This document shows positions 14,341 to 27,125 of a stretch of 64,000 nucleotides of DNA, piece after piece; the stretch's first letter is position 1, and every line of letters begins with the position of its first letter. This stretch comes from the human T2T-CHM13v2.0 reference genome, Homo sapiens. The notes under the pieces were generated by a model. It was given only the letters and a program-made list of their open reading frames with translations. It did no database searches and was not told where the DNA came from. Made by a program: the position numbers and the translations under genes. The DNA lies in the NCBI RefSeq assembly GCF_009914755.1, contig NC_060930.1; one strand, 5' to 3'.

Positions 14341-15864
14341 ATTCATTCAATAAATGTGATTGGTAAAACCCTAAGCATTACTGAACCTTTATCAAACCTT
14401 GTGAGGGACCCTCAAGGAAAAATTAAACCTGGACATTAAAATAAGGTAGAGTAGTAATAACATGATCCCTGCAACCCTAACTAAGGCATATCCTAAAGCC
14501 ATTTTAGAATTTCCAGGCTATTATCAGCAAAAGAATATCTAGCTTAGAACTGCAATTAAACAGGGAAAGGATAAGGAGAGAGCTTTAGAGTTAATTGTAC
14601 AAAAGGTCTGAAAGAAGGAATAATAATTAGTCTGAAGGGATGGTAAGTTATTTAATACTCTTTGGAAAGAGAGAGCTAGATTGGATTGGTTAATGAGCAG
14701 ACAAGTAGAGCTAGCTTCCTCTGGCTCTTTCTGGGATTCCCAATACCTCCAGAGAGGGAAGGGGTGGCCAAGATGGCATGGCGGAGGTGAGGCTGGGAAG
14801 GTGGGAGAACCTTCACAATCGTGACTGTAACATCTTAAAAGAGAGCTACTTCAGTCCTTAGCCTCAACATTTCCTGACTCATTCTTATTACTGGGACTTT
14901 TGAGGGAGGGCGGTTTTGTTTGATAAACTTTATCTACCACTTCCTAAACTTAAATAGACCACTGATATGATTTGTCTTTATAGACAAATAATTACACTGT
15001 ACAAGTCTTAGGTGAAAACAAATAAAATTTTACAGTGTTTTTAATAATACTACAATGATGCAGTGGGACTGGCCTAGCTGGAATGATGATGTCACAACAG
15101 CGATGGTTCTCATTTATTCAGTATTAGTAGGTGCCAGGCCCTGGAGCAAATATTTTATATACATTCTCTCAAGTCCTTGTAACTTTACACATAATCTTCA
15201 CTTCTAAAGAAAAATAGTGCCTACATTTACATATCCAAGTATATTTGCTTCTAATGTTACTTATCTTTTCGTTGTATTTTAAGGTAATTAATAAATATCA
15301 AATTACTCTAGCCTTTAACATGATTGGTTGAGTCTATATATAGTCGCTAACATACGTCAAAGCTTATTTTAATACTTTAGTTTGTGCTTGACTGTCAAAG
15401 GAGATCGTTCCACCCAATTTAGTTTAGGAAAATAATCTTTCTCTAAACCTATTTGAACACAAACTGAAACTTTATTTCTTTAAAAATTTGGTAATGTGAC
15501 ATAAAGGTGTTCTGCGTCTGGCTGTTTTGAAGACATTCATGATTCTATGAAGAAAGATCATTAAGGAATCACCAAATCAATGTTCTTATGACTGCAATTT
15601 TGGGTTATGCTTCTTTAATATTAGAAAGTTTTATAATCTACTAACTAGGGGGTAAATTCCTAGGAGAATAAACTGTTGCAGTTTTGATTTATTGCATAAA
15701 CTTGTCAAACTCTCTTTAAGAACTATGAGTTATATTGATAAACTACATAGGTTTCTATTTATACAATTTTTCCTGATTATAAGGCACTGTAATCTTTATG
15801 GCTTTGTTTTGGACTGTTTTATATATTTCCTTAAAAACAAGAAGTAGACAACACTGTTGCATAC

Positions 15865-16015
15865 GTGACCAGGCTGCATTGATTTTTAGGGACCATCTGT
15901 GTTTCCACGGGGTCCAGCGTGGCTTTTCCATTGTCATCAGTGTGTGCTCCTGACCTTTTTACTAGGCCGGGCCTCCAGATTCATCACAGATCCTAACCCA
16001 GCCTTTTGCAGATGT
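15865..16015 (-). ncRNA. Candidate non-coding exon, 151 nt
   Basis: Minus strand ttttatcttgctatttcctttcag| ... CAC|gtatgc; stops in all three frames. Confidence 0.4.
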
Positions 16016-16245
16016 CTGAAAGGAAATAGCAAGATAAAATTAGGTTACCCTCTACAATGAGATGAATACATTCTCCTTGAGACCACATTTGATGAACATC
16101 TTCATCCTTGCTTATTCTGCTAAGTAATAGTCTCTATAACCATAGCTTCAAAAACCATACACTGATGATCCCAAAATCTACAGAACATTTTCATCTGCTG
16201 GTTATATACATATCCAGGTTGCCTATTGACATCCCACTGGATGAT

Positions 16246-16615
16246 TGTATTTGTCTGTTTTCACACTGATATAAAGATACCCTCTGAGAATGGCTAATTT
16301 ATAAATAAAAGAGGTTTAACTGACTCACAGTTCTGCATGGCTGGGGAAGCCTCAGGAAACTTACAGTCATGGAAGAAGGTAAAGGAGAAGCAAGCACCTT
16401 CTTCACAAGGTGGCAGGAGAGAGAGAGAGAGAGACGCAGGGGAAACAGCTACTTTTAAACCACCAGATCTCATGAGAACACCCTCACTATCATGAGAATA
16501 GCATGGGGAAAATCACCTGCATGATTCAATCACCTCACACCAGTGGCCTCCCTTGACATCTGGGGATTACAATTCAAAGTGAGATTTGGGGGGAACATAG
16601 AGTCAAACCATATCA
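16246..16615 (-). mobile_element. THE1 (C/D-like) MaLR solo LTR inserted in an L2 fragment
   Basis: Minus strand starts TGATATGGTTTGACTC, ends ...AATACA; perfect 5-bp TSD ATGAT at 16241-16245 and 16616-16620; L2 sequence continues on both sides. Confidence 0.95.
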
Positions 16616-16774
16616 ATGATCTGTAAGTAACTCAAACTCAACATGTCCAAAGTGAACTCCTCACTTTTTCTCCAAATCCTCAAAATTGTCCTTTCCCCCT
16701 CATTTCAGTTAAGGGCTTTCAAAGTCACCTACTAACTTACTCATAAGAAGGAATTTATCTGTTACAATGTGTCT

Positions 16775-17060
16775 GGGTGTAAGTAACAGACAATCCTGAC
16801 TCCACTAGCTCTAATTGTAAGGAATTTATTATCTCATATAATAAGAAGTCTGAAGTTAGGATATTTCTTAACTGGTTAATTCACTGGCTCTATGTAATCA
16901 TCAAGAACATAGGTACTTTATATGTTTCCATGTGGCCATCCTTGGCATATGTACCTCTTCTGTAGATTAGTTGCAAGCTGACTTCAGCAATTCCAGATTT
17001 CACATCTTTAAGACAATATCCAAGAACAAAGAAGTGTTTCTCTTGATTATGACTCATTAT
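16775..17060 (-). mobile_element. Old MLT1-type LTR fragment
   Basis: taagtaacaga...aaggaatttattatctcatataataagaagtc motif typical of old MLT1. Confidence 0.5.
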
Positions 17061-17209
17061 AAGATTAAGACAATTTTTACCCCAGAACTAAGCTCTAACT
17101 TTTTGTATCTAGCATGGAAAGTGAAGTCTAGGAAAACAGAAAATGTATTTGGTAAACACATAGATCGTCTTTATCTTGGTTTTAATATCATTAAATCATA
17201 ACTTATGAC

Positions 17210-17700
17210 TGGAGACTCCTACTTCCATCCATAAAAAAGTACCTGGTAGCACATTTACCATTTTACTGTAAATAACTAGAAAGCAGAGTAAAACCTGTAT
17301 CATTGGAAACAGGCACTGGACAATGGGCAGCCAGAACTGTGACATCTGAGAGAAGGGAGACAAAGGAGGTGAGCTCAGTGAATGTACTTGTTTCCTGCCT
17401 GAAGGCATTTGCTACATGGTGCATGTAGCAAGACCTCAAAGAGAGAACTTCAGTCTTGCAGAGTAGAGGAGTAGAGACTGGACTTCAGGGAGGCAGAGAC
17501 AGCAGAAATTTGCAGAGCAAACCACCAGAGAGGAGAATGCTATGAGAGAAAGACACCCACATTTCTGCATTGGGATCCCTTGAGCCTGTTGCTGAATACT
17601 GAATTGCATGCGTAGGATAAAACTCCACAAAACTGGGCAGAAAACAACCAGATGACAGGGAAGCTGTAAGACGAACAATTCCTAGAGCTCACATACAATT
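17210..17700 (+). mobile_element. Ancient L1M 5'-region fragment
   Basis: Resembles L1MD/ME 5'UTR (ggacaatgggcagc, gagaagggagacaaaggaggtgagc, gggatcccttgagcctgttgctgaatact). Confidence 0.55.
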
Positions 17701-19582
17701 CATGATTGGGGTAAAACTTTGTCCATCTTTATTTATCTAAAGCAAGTGTAGCAAATTGATCTAATCAGGACATCAGGCGTCATGTGCTAAAATATTCAGA
17801 GTGTCCATTCTAAGGGCTGAATGCTATGTTGTAAGCTCTTCAAAATGACCAGTCTCTGAGAAGGATCATACCTGATCCTTCTCCCATTTGAGTGTACATG
17901 AGGAAAAACAAAGATAGGAAGCTGAGTTGGGTTTCATGGTTAACCCTGAACTTCCTTGCATGATCTAAGCAAAGCGCAAATTCATGCAGTTTTGTTTGTA
18001 CTTAAATTACATGACGCACCTCTCCAAAGTTCTCTAATCCTCACCCATGCTGAGAGCCACGTGCAGGGTCATCCAGCTAGCAAGAATAAATAACCATTCA
18101 GGGCCTTTGGCTTTCTGTGTATGTAAGTCACGGAGGGGTTCTTGCTGGAGTGTAAAGAAAGAGAAACACATGGCAGCTCTCTAAAGCCTATTTCTGGAAA
18201 CCTGACAGGAGGGAACAGATACCCATTGTTCAAAGCCTGTACAGTGTTTGGAGTCTGGAGTGGGAAATGCATGCTTAGTGAAGACCAAACCTTTGATGGA
18301 TCAGAAATTGAAAAGACTTGTAATTAAACTGAAATTAAACCAGTGGTGACAGAGTGTTTTTTAGGTAAAAAGACATAGAGACATGAGAGCAAGAAAAACA
18401 GGGGTCAAGATCAAGGAGTTGCCAAATTCAATTGGATCAGAAATTCTCATAAGAAAACAAAAACAAAACACTGGAGGAGACCTGATTTCGCCTGCCACAG
18501 ACTTGATCATGTCCATGAGGAAAAAAAAACATCGGTGCAACTCTTTTGCTATAAGTGATCTACAGCTCTATTCCCGTATGGCAATGGCCACCTTGGCAAT
18601 ACAACATAGTACATAGAATTATCAAATCTTAGCCTGCCAAAGAACTCCATAATACTGACATCTTTCTTTGAAAGCTGTTCATGCCTTAAGGCTTTTTGGA
18701 TTCTGAACATCTAGAAAGCACTTGACAAAAAACCTAGACCTAGTACTACCTTTACTTGCACATAAGAGAGGCCCCTGCCATTAACTGCATATCACAAACA
18801 CATGACAAATACTTTTAGTAAAAAACACATGAGTGCCCTTACTGTGGATCCAGTCCTCAGCACTGGCACAGCATGACCTATAACCCTAACCACTGCTCTC
18901 GTGACTAAAATGGCTCAGGCTCCAGGGAAATGCTTCTGCCTATCTCATGCCCTGTATCCTAGAAAAAGTGATTGTGTCTGTGCTGTTGCTGATGTAGAAG
19001 AGAGAAACTGTTTTGGAGTAGAGGCAAGATTTGAACAGCAGAAGCCCTTAGGTAAGAGAACAAGAAAATATTAAGTAACTTGTCAAATTCCTCCTCTCTA
19101 ATAATATGAATGCAATTCATTCTTTCATAACAAAGTCTTGTTTCCAAGTAGTGCTGAGCCATTTTCTTACTCAAAAAGGAAGTTTTCTTACTTCTCTTCA
19201 TGTTCCAATTGGTGGCTCCAGAAATACGCACAAACTAGTGTAGTATCCACAACCATCATATAACGTGGCTGTAGAGCATTCCACAATATTAAAAATTCAT
19301 ATTACTGTTAAATCTGTTTACCTCTTTTATTAGGCATGCCAATACCATGGGACTTCAACAAAGCAGCTAGAAATGCACAATAAAAATTAATGCAACGGTC
19401 TTCAATAGTTTTCTGGTCTTCAGTCACATAAAAACCATAGATTTATACATGCTTCCAATTCTGTCATTTTGAAAGTATATATGTCAAGGAAGAGAATCAA
19501 ACATGTTTTTATAGTGTGTTAGCTTGATTAGTAACTTAAATATTAAGACATATGGTATGTTAACCTCTAATTTCACTCTTAC

Positions 19583-19675
19583 CTGAGTGAAATTGCCCTG
19601 CCACCTTGAGTCCCAGGCCTGACCTGACCCAGCACTATCCAAGTTACCAGAGCTGGATGACTTGGCTTACTAGTA
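19583..19675 (-). ncRNA. Candidate exon, 93 nt, donor inside a hairpin
   Basis: Minus strand ctttttttctttgttgaaatgtcag| ... CAG|gtaaga. Confidence 0.3.
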
Positions 19676-21259
19676 CTGACATTTCAACAAAGAAAAAAAG
19701 TGGTGTCCTCCCAACCTGACAATATCTACTTATTCACCCAGAAAATATTGTTAGGTGCCTTAGGAGCTGGTAACGTCATTTCCTGTCTAAAGAATATTTT
19801 CTTTTCTTGGAAAAATCAGTCATTTTTATGTTCTACCTCCTACAAATTGTTGTCACTGCAATTTCTATGTTGTAAGTTGCAATATAGAACATGTGCAGAA
19901 TAAATGCTGGTCCTATATAGAGAAAGGCTTAGGGGAAATACTTTTTGCAGGTCACTTCTTATATTACAATATTATGTTAAACAATATTATATTACAAAGT
20001 ATTAAAATACCTTGTAATAACTCTACCTCTCATTGAACAGGACTCTAGAAATATTGTTTTATGAATTGTGTGTGGGGATAAAATAGGATGTCAAATGAGT
20101 GTGTTTACATGTATACACATACTATACACAAGTATCTATATTAGATATATATGTTTATAATGAATTTTCTTCTGCAAATGAACTAACACAGTGAGAGAGG
20201 AGGGAAATAACAAAAAAATGTAAGTCTGCATTGGGAACTGATGTAGTGCCCTGGAAAATTTTTCTGTAATATTAAGTAAAAGCCATCTATTCAAGCAAGT
20301 TGCCCAGAATAGAGAGAAGATGGTGGTTGTCCTTAAGGGCAAATGACAAAAAGGGGACCCCACCCTAAGGGAGAGTCCAGCAGCTGGGATTGTGAGTCCA
20401 AGTCTCCTGCTACTTCTCCTTTTACTACTGAGATGATTGAATATTTGAATGAGCAATCAGACACTATGTGTCTCATTATAAGACACTTGCTTCAGGTTCC
20501 AGGAGGCATCCCCTTCTCTCCCTTTTTCTTCCTATAAGTCCACAATGATTTGCACCTGGAATGCCACTTGTTTTTATTCTCAATTATTTCTCAACTAGTC
20601 TTGGGATAAAGACCTACACCTTCTCTTCTGAAGAAAAGTTAAGAAATCTTGACTAGCACTTTGAGATCAAGCTCAATAAGTCTTGTCTTTAAAACCATAA
20701 CTTTGAGAAGATCACTACAAAAGATTCCATTTATTCCTAATATATGGCAGAGACTTAGGAGAAACCTTTTGGAGAATGAAATCTAAACTGTAAGAGAGAG
20801 TATATGATATGACGTATCACTTTAAAAATATGGCTTTTTTTTTCATTAAAATGCTATGTGAAACTTAGCATGTCAACAAAATAATGGAGTTGGGTTTTTG
20901 ATGGACATAATAGCACTGGACTTATAACATCCAAGATTTCTTAAAATTGCTTTAAAATTAATTATATTTTGAGGAAAATTAGGTGAAGGTTCACATCATT
21001 GGGAGATAATTATAGACACCCTCCCTTAAGTGTTGCAAAACCAGACTCCTGATATCTATGATGCCATCATTCATGTAATAGAGAATATTATCACTTGGCT
21101 TCATTATTGTTTTCTTATTTCTTTTACTTGTGTATTTCATAAAGCCCTTTGAAATGAAAATCCCATTGTAGAGTTGTAAAAGTGAAAATAATCTTTAAAT
21201 AAGATATTCATTGTTGTTATGATTTTTCTTTCCATAAAATTAGAATTCTGCATAGTAAT

Positions 21260-21624
21260 TATCTTAGCCCATTTAGGCTGCTATAACAGAATACCATAGA
21301 CCAGGTGGCTTATAAACAAAGGAAATTTATTTTGCACAGCTCTGAAGGCTGGGAAGTCCAAAGTCAAGGCACTGGTAGATTTGGCATCTGGCAAGGGCCC
21401 CCTTCTGGTCATAGACATCCATGTTCTCATTGTATCCTACATGGCAGGAGGGGAGAGGGGGAGTTCGTTGATGTCTCTCTTACGAGAGCCCTAATCTCAT
21501 CCATTACTTGACTCTCATGATCTAATCACCTACCAAAGGCTCCCTCTCCTAATATCATCACATTGGGGGTTAGGGGTTCAACTTGTAAATTTTTGGGGGG
21601 CATACAAACATTTAGTCTATAACA
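21260..21624 (-). mobile_element. MLT1A-type solo LTR
   Basis: tcttagcccatttaggctgctataacagaataccatagac...aacatttagtctataaca; TSD (g/a)taat. Confidence 0.92.
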
Positions 21625-23581
21625 ATAATGAAAATTAATATTTTCTCCTCTTCCAGGTTTTAATATTAAACCTCCTATTTTCCCTCCACCTTATCTCCCT
21701 TTCTCTTAAGTCATTTTATGCAGTCCTTTGTTTCTGATTCTCAATAGACATGTCTTTAACATTAATTTATGTGTCCCAAACTATTTTATAGGTCTTTCTA
21801 TTCATATAATTTTTTTCCTACATAGTTTGGTTCTCACTTTCAGAGGTTTTCTATCAGAATTTGCAGTTGGCTAATTTCTTTATGTTGATGAAAATCCATA
21901 TGGTTGCTTTTATGTGTTTGATTATGGGGCCTTTCTGCCAAATCCAATCCCTTCATTCCTTACCTCCCCACACCTACTGCCAAATGGTGGTCAGTTAGTA
22001 TATTTTGCCCATAACTTGGATATGGCTATCAAAACTAATTAATTTGCTTGACCATTTGGCTACCCAAGTTTCTATCTCAGCTCTCTTCCGCATTATCCAC
22101 CCCAAACTATCTCAGCTCTTTTCCCCATTATCTTTCCAAAACTGTGCCAGGTTTGACAAACTTATTAACCAAAAAGAAAATACTTAATTTTAAAAAATAA
22201 CTGCATGTCTAGATTGGCCTCACTGGTCTTGGCTGGAGCGTTGGAGAAATTTTATCTTCTCCTTTCTCCACAGAGTTACTTTCATTTAAAAAAACTAAGC
22301 TCTTCTCCAGACCATTTCCTCCAGTAACTCCATTTTGACTTTTGGAAGTCAAGCAGGTTGAGCTCTCATTCTCCTCTAATCCTCTCACACACTGTTCCAG
22401 CCAATAAATCTTGATTTCAGTTTGGGTTCTCCTCATTCACCATGGGAATGCAATTGGGTGAAAAAAAACCATTTCTGATGCCTTTTTACTTGGATTTTTT
22501 TTTTCTCTAAAGTGGGTCCTCATCCCAATTCAGTTCTCTCTCTTTCTCTCTTCTTTAGACAGGTTTCCATGTGCAAGGCTCCAGCCCAGACCAATGACAC
22601 TGCTTATCTATGATTGTCAAAATGCCAGCTATCACCAGTGAAGAACTCCAGGTGGCACAAATACTATGACCTGTCTCCTAACAGATCTCAGGAGGTATTC
22701 CATAGACATCGGATATCTGTGTCTTATGTCTCCAGTTTAATTGTAAATCCCCAAAGGACAGAACTGAGCCTGCTTCTTTGGTTTTCAAACAAAATGTCAC
22801 ATCCAGTGACATTTTGAAAATAAAACTTTGGCTCATAAATTTTAGAGCCAAGCATAGGATGCTGACAAGGGCCCTACCCAGCCAATGGACAGCAGCTTGG
22901 TGACTTCTGATCTCATTTTTACTTAGAAAAATTTCTCTAAAATCAATTTAGAGAGTTATGATCAGCACTAAAAAATAAATAAAATATAAGCAAAGGGAAA
23001 ATATCCCAGTGAATTACCCTTCATAAGGATGAGGATTGCTTTGGGAAATGTTTTAGTATATGTGCACTGTGTCATAACCAGCATTTTGAAAACCATTGTG
23101 CAGCAGTGTAAGGACTCCATAGATGCTTGGTTTGGGGTCATTTAAATTGTCAAAGGAAGAGTGGAGGTAAAGATTTGTAAAGGAGCCTCTCTGTAAAATC
23201 ATGAGGGTCCTTTTGTGGCTCCTGATCTTTGATCCATCAGTCTCAGAATGAGGTGTAAGCAAGCCATTAGGTTGCTGCATGAGTCTGGTTGGGCACCTCC
23301 TTCCCTCATTTTGAACAGTGAGATTAAGCCACAAACTCTCTGAGGAGGTTCAAATGCTGATGTAAGTCTCAGAGTGAACACAACCTATAAACACTACTAT
23401 AAGTTTCAATCATGTAAATGGGAAGTTAATTATGATTGTCATAAACTGCTAGGTTCAACAACCTTCAATTTATTTTTTTAAATGTTAATGGAGTGCTTCC
23501 CCTGTGCCAGGATTGTGTAGCCTGAAAATACAGAGTTGAATGAGGTACAGGTTACAACTTAGAAGAGCTTATGATCTAATA

Positions 23582-23793
23582 CAGGAGTTGGCAAACTACA
23601 GCCTGTGGGCCAAATCTGGCCTACAATCTGTTTGCATAAATAAAGTTTTATTGGAATTCAGCCAGGCCCATTGGTGTATGGATTGTCTATGGTTGATTTT
23701 GCACAGTCACGCACAGTTGCAACAGAGACCATATGGTCCACAAAGCCTAAATATTTACTGCTTGAACCCTTACAAAAAAAGTTTGCCAATCTT
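23582..23793. mobile_element. MER58A hAT-Charlie MITE
   Basis: caggagttggcaaac...gtttgccaatc termini, 8-bp TSD atctaat(a/g). Confidence 0.9.
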
Positions 23794-24540
23794 ATCTAAT
23801 GTTGTTTAAAATACATTTTTTTCTGTGAGATTTTCATATGCAAAAGTGACAACTATATCAAGAGCAATGGAATATTTTCCTTACTTTCATGACTGAACAA
23901 CATAGATCACTAGTCTGATGGAGCAGCTTTAAGAAGATTCAAGAAGTGGCTCCAAAGAAAAACACTGTGATATTAATGAAATATTTCATGTTTTTCTGCC
24001 TTACACATACATAATTACCCTGACTGGAGTATGGAGGTCTGACTGCAAAGTTCCAATATTATCACACAAAAAAATTATAGGGCTAGCTAAATCAGCTGAA
24101 TATTAGATCAGAGATCACCAAGGAGCTACTCATTGGCTGAGTGTGGCCCGTTGCCATCATACACTTGTCCTCAAATCTTGACTCTAAAATTTTTGAGACA
24201 AAATATTTGAAATTAACTCAATTTCACGTTAAAATAGAGTTTCCCATTTCTCTTGAAAAATCACAATTGAACAGCAGTAGGCCTCCATTTCTGCTTGAAG
24301 GTGACCCACTGGAGAAGCAGTTTCCACATTAGGACCAATGGGGTGTCCATGCTCCAGATTACTCCTATTTCTACCATTCCCCAAAGTGTTCTTGACTCAA
24401 CATTAAGCATTGCTGGCCATTTAAAACATGCATAGGTTGTTATTTTCCTCAGTAAAGAACTTTCTCAGTAAGCGTTCTCTTTTAAAAGTAGGATAAATAA
24501 AGATGAAACAAGAAGATTATGTTTAAAAAATGAATTTTCT

Positions 24541-24832
24541 GGCCAGGTGCGGTGGCTCATGCCTGTAATCTCAGCTCTTTGGGAAGCCAAGGCGGGTGGA
24601 TCACGAGGTCAGGAGTTCGAGACCAGCCTGGCCAAGATGGTGAAACCCCGTCTCTACTAAAAAGACAAAAATTAACCGGGCGTAGTGGTGGACACCTGTA
24701 ATCCCAGATACTCAGGAGGCTGAGGCAGAGAATTTCTTGAACCCAGGAGGCAGAGGTTGCAGTGAGCTGAGATCACACCACTGCACTCCAGCCTGGGTGA
24801 CAGAGTGAGACTATGTTTCAAAAAAAAAAAAA
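24541..24832 (+). mobile_element. Alu SINE (AluSg-like)
   Basis: ggccaggtgcggtggctc...A13; gaattttct duplicated on both sides. Confidence 0.97.
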
Positions 24833-24847
24833 GAATTTTCTTACATT

Positions 24848-25160
24848 CAGCAGGCCCTTGGTATCAGCAGGGTGGGGATAAGGGTGAGGTTTGAGGAAGG
24901 GATTGGTTCTAAGACACAGATTGTTCAAGTTCCTTGTATAAATGTAGTATTTGCATGTAAGGTACACGCATCCTCCCTATATTTTAAATCGCCTCTAGAT
25001 TACTTATAATACCTAATACAATGTAAATGGCATGTAAATGGCTATCTTATTTTTTTAATTGTATTATTTTTTATTGTTGTATTATTGTTTTCAAAAATAT
25101 TTTCAATGCAAGGTTAATTGAATCTGCTAGTGTGGAACTGCGGATATGGAGAACTGACTG
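24848..25160. mobile_element. MER2/MER2B Tigger MITE
   Basis: ctctagattacttataatacctaatacaatgtaaatg core and ...ggatatggagaactgactg+TA end. Confidence 0.88.
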
Positions 25161-25665
25161 TATTTAATATGCAAGCAAAGAGTATGCAATCTGCAGCTAT
25201 TTTGCTCACTTATGTTCTTTCCTAGACCATGTAGATACGATAGTTTGAGATTAGTGTCTTAGACCCATAAAGAAAAGCATCTGGACAAATATTTGGATTT
25301 ATTTTAGTGGTTGAAACACACGATTGAAGAAGCTTGGAGACCACAGTCTTGGTAACCCAGAGGGGATCTGGGAGCTCATCACATCCAAACCTTCATTTTA
25401 GCAATAAAGCATCTGAAGCTTCCCCCACATCCTAGGAGAAATGATCTGGTCAAAAGCACAGTGTGTCAGCAGCCAAGGCCAACTCTCTAATTCCCACTCC
25501 AGGGGTGTTGAGAAAATGAGACCAATAGAGTGATAAAGAATTCCCCTGAAATAGCTGGGCAACTTGTAGGAACCTGTCAAACTTCTTCCTCCAGCGTAGC
25601 ACAAATTTTAATTGGTGGTACCTAGAACAGTTTCCATTTTTGTGAAAAATGGCATCTGATCAATT

Positions 25666-25691
25666 TCCTCACTTCCAGTAGAGGCCGCCTG
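25666..25691 (+). promoter_or_regulatory. CTCF-like motif next to tandem ETS cores
   Basis: CCAGTAGAGGCCGC (25675-25688) is one mismatch from CCASYAGRKGGCRS; overlaps ttcctcacttcc (GGAAGTGAGGAA on minus). Confidence 0.35.
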
Positions 25692-26914
25692 CTGTGGCTG
25701 CATTTCTACTGGCCAGTTCTCATTGGCCAGCATCTGCCTTCTTTTCCTGTGGAAATAGAACTTACGGGCAGGAGAAAGGACATATTTGGTAATGTTACGC
25801 TCCTCAGCTTCCTGCTCCGGCTGTCTCAGCTGCAAAATGTCAAGGGAAAAAATATCCCTCCAACTTGGAAGGAATTCCAGACAGACCCTGATGCCTGCAA
25901 ATTTGTCAGAGGGAGCCAAGTCCAGAAAAGCAGAACATGAAGAAGGTTCATTATTTGACTTCAAGAGACATTCAAATAATCAGACACTCTGGTATTTATG
26001 ATTTTCCCCATTTCAGATGGTCTGTAGTTCACAACATTCCCCTCCCTTTACCGCTGATTCTGAGCTTCCTTTTACGTTAAACCTCAACAGTTATAAAAAG
26101 ACTCTCACATTACTTGTAAGCCACAGGCACTACTAGGAGACACTGTGTTCACACAGGGCTGTTTAGGGCTGGGGAAGGGCAGCTCTTTTTGATTATTAGT
26201 CTGGGGAGGCCAGGCCAGGAAGTCAGGCTCACTTCACCCTGACCACGCCACCGGAGTCCTCATGTAGCTCCCAAGTCTGTGCCAACGCTTCCTGCCACTC
26301 ACAGCACCAAATGCGATGATCTTTACTAAAAAGCACTTATTTCCGTTGGCTTTCTTATTCATTTAGGCTTTTCTTTTCCTGGGGGGCAGTGGCGGGTGGA
26401 ATAGCCAGTTTATCCTGACTTCCACATTGTGAATATTCCACCAGGACTGTTTATAAAGTTGAGTTTGGGGGGATCTTCATCTTTCTCCTGGCATTCAATG
26501 CATTTTCTGTCTCCTTTAGAACTGTTGCCACATGCTGGCAAAAAGATAAGGAAACTGAATTTGTAATCCAAACCTCGTTAAATTGCTGCACACACATTTT
26601 CCCTTCTACTTCTTGCTGTCTGTTTCTAAATGCCATGCTATCTGTTTGTACTCAGTCACCTGAAATCCTTATTTGGGTTCTCCAACAGGCACGAAGGCAT
26701 CCAAATATCAATTTTAGTAATGGGTGGAAATGCCCACATGAGGAGTGGGATGTTCAGTCTTAACATGTGGTCTCTATGAATAAGGGTCTTCATTTTTTCT
26801 TTTCCTAAACGGTCCAGCTCCTCTACGCTGGTTTTGCTCCTCAACAGTCCAAGGTTTGTGCTACTTCCATGGTGATCATCTGTTAGGTCATAAACATTAG
26901 ATTGTGGCATCACT

Positions 26915-27125
26915 GAATGAGTCAGTTGGGAGGAAGCTGGGCTGGAAATACAGCTGAGAGCCTCTGTTGACAGATGGATGCCTTCTTAATCACAGCCTGT
27001 GTGGGTAAAGGGAAAGCCTTGCCTGGCCAACCCCTCCCACTCCCACCCCCACCTCCTGCATTGATTCACAAACCTGGACTGCTCTGGAGGAGGCTGGGAA
27101 AGTCCATCCCCAGGGAATACCACTT
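26915..27125. promoter_or_regulatory. Candidate NF-kB/AP-1 enhancer with G-quadruplex motif
   Basis: TGAGTCA 26918-26924, GGGAAAGCCT 27010-27019, TGATTCA 27062-27068, GGGAAAGTCC 27096-27105, GGGAATACCA 27113-27122, C-run array 27031-27050. Confidence 0.5.
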
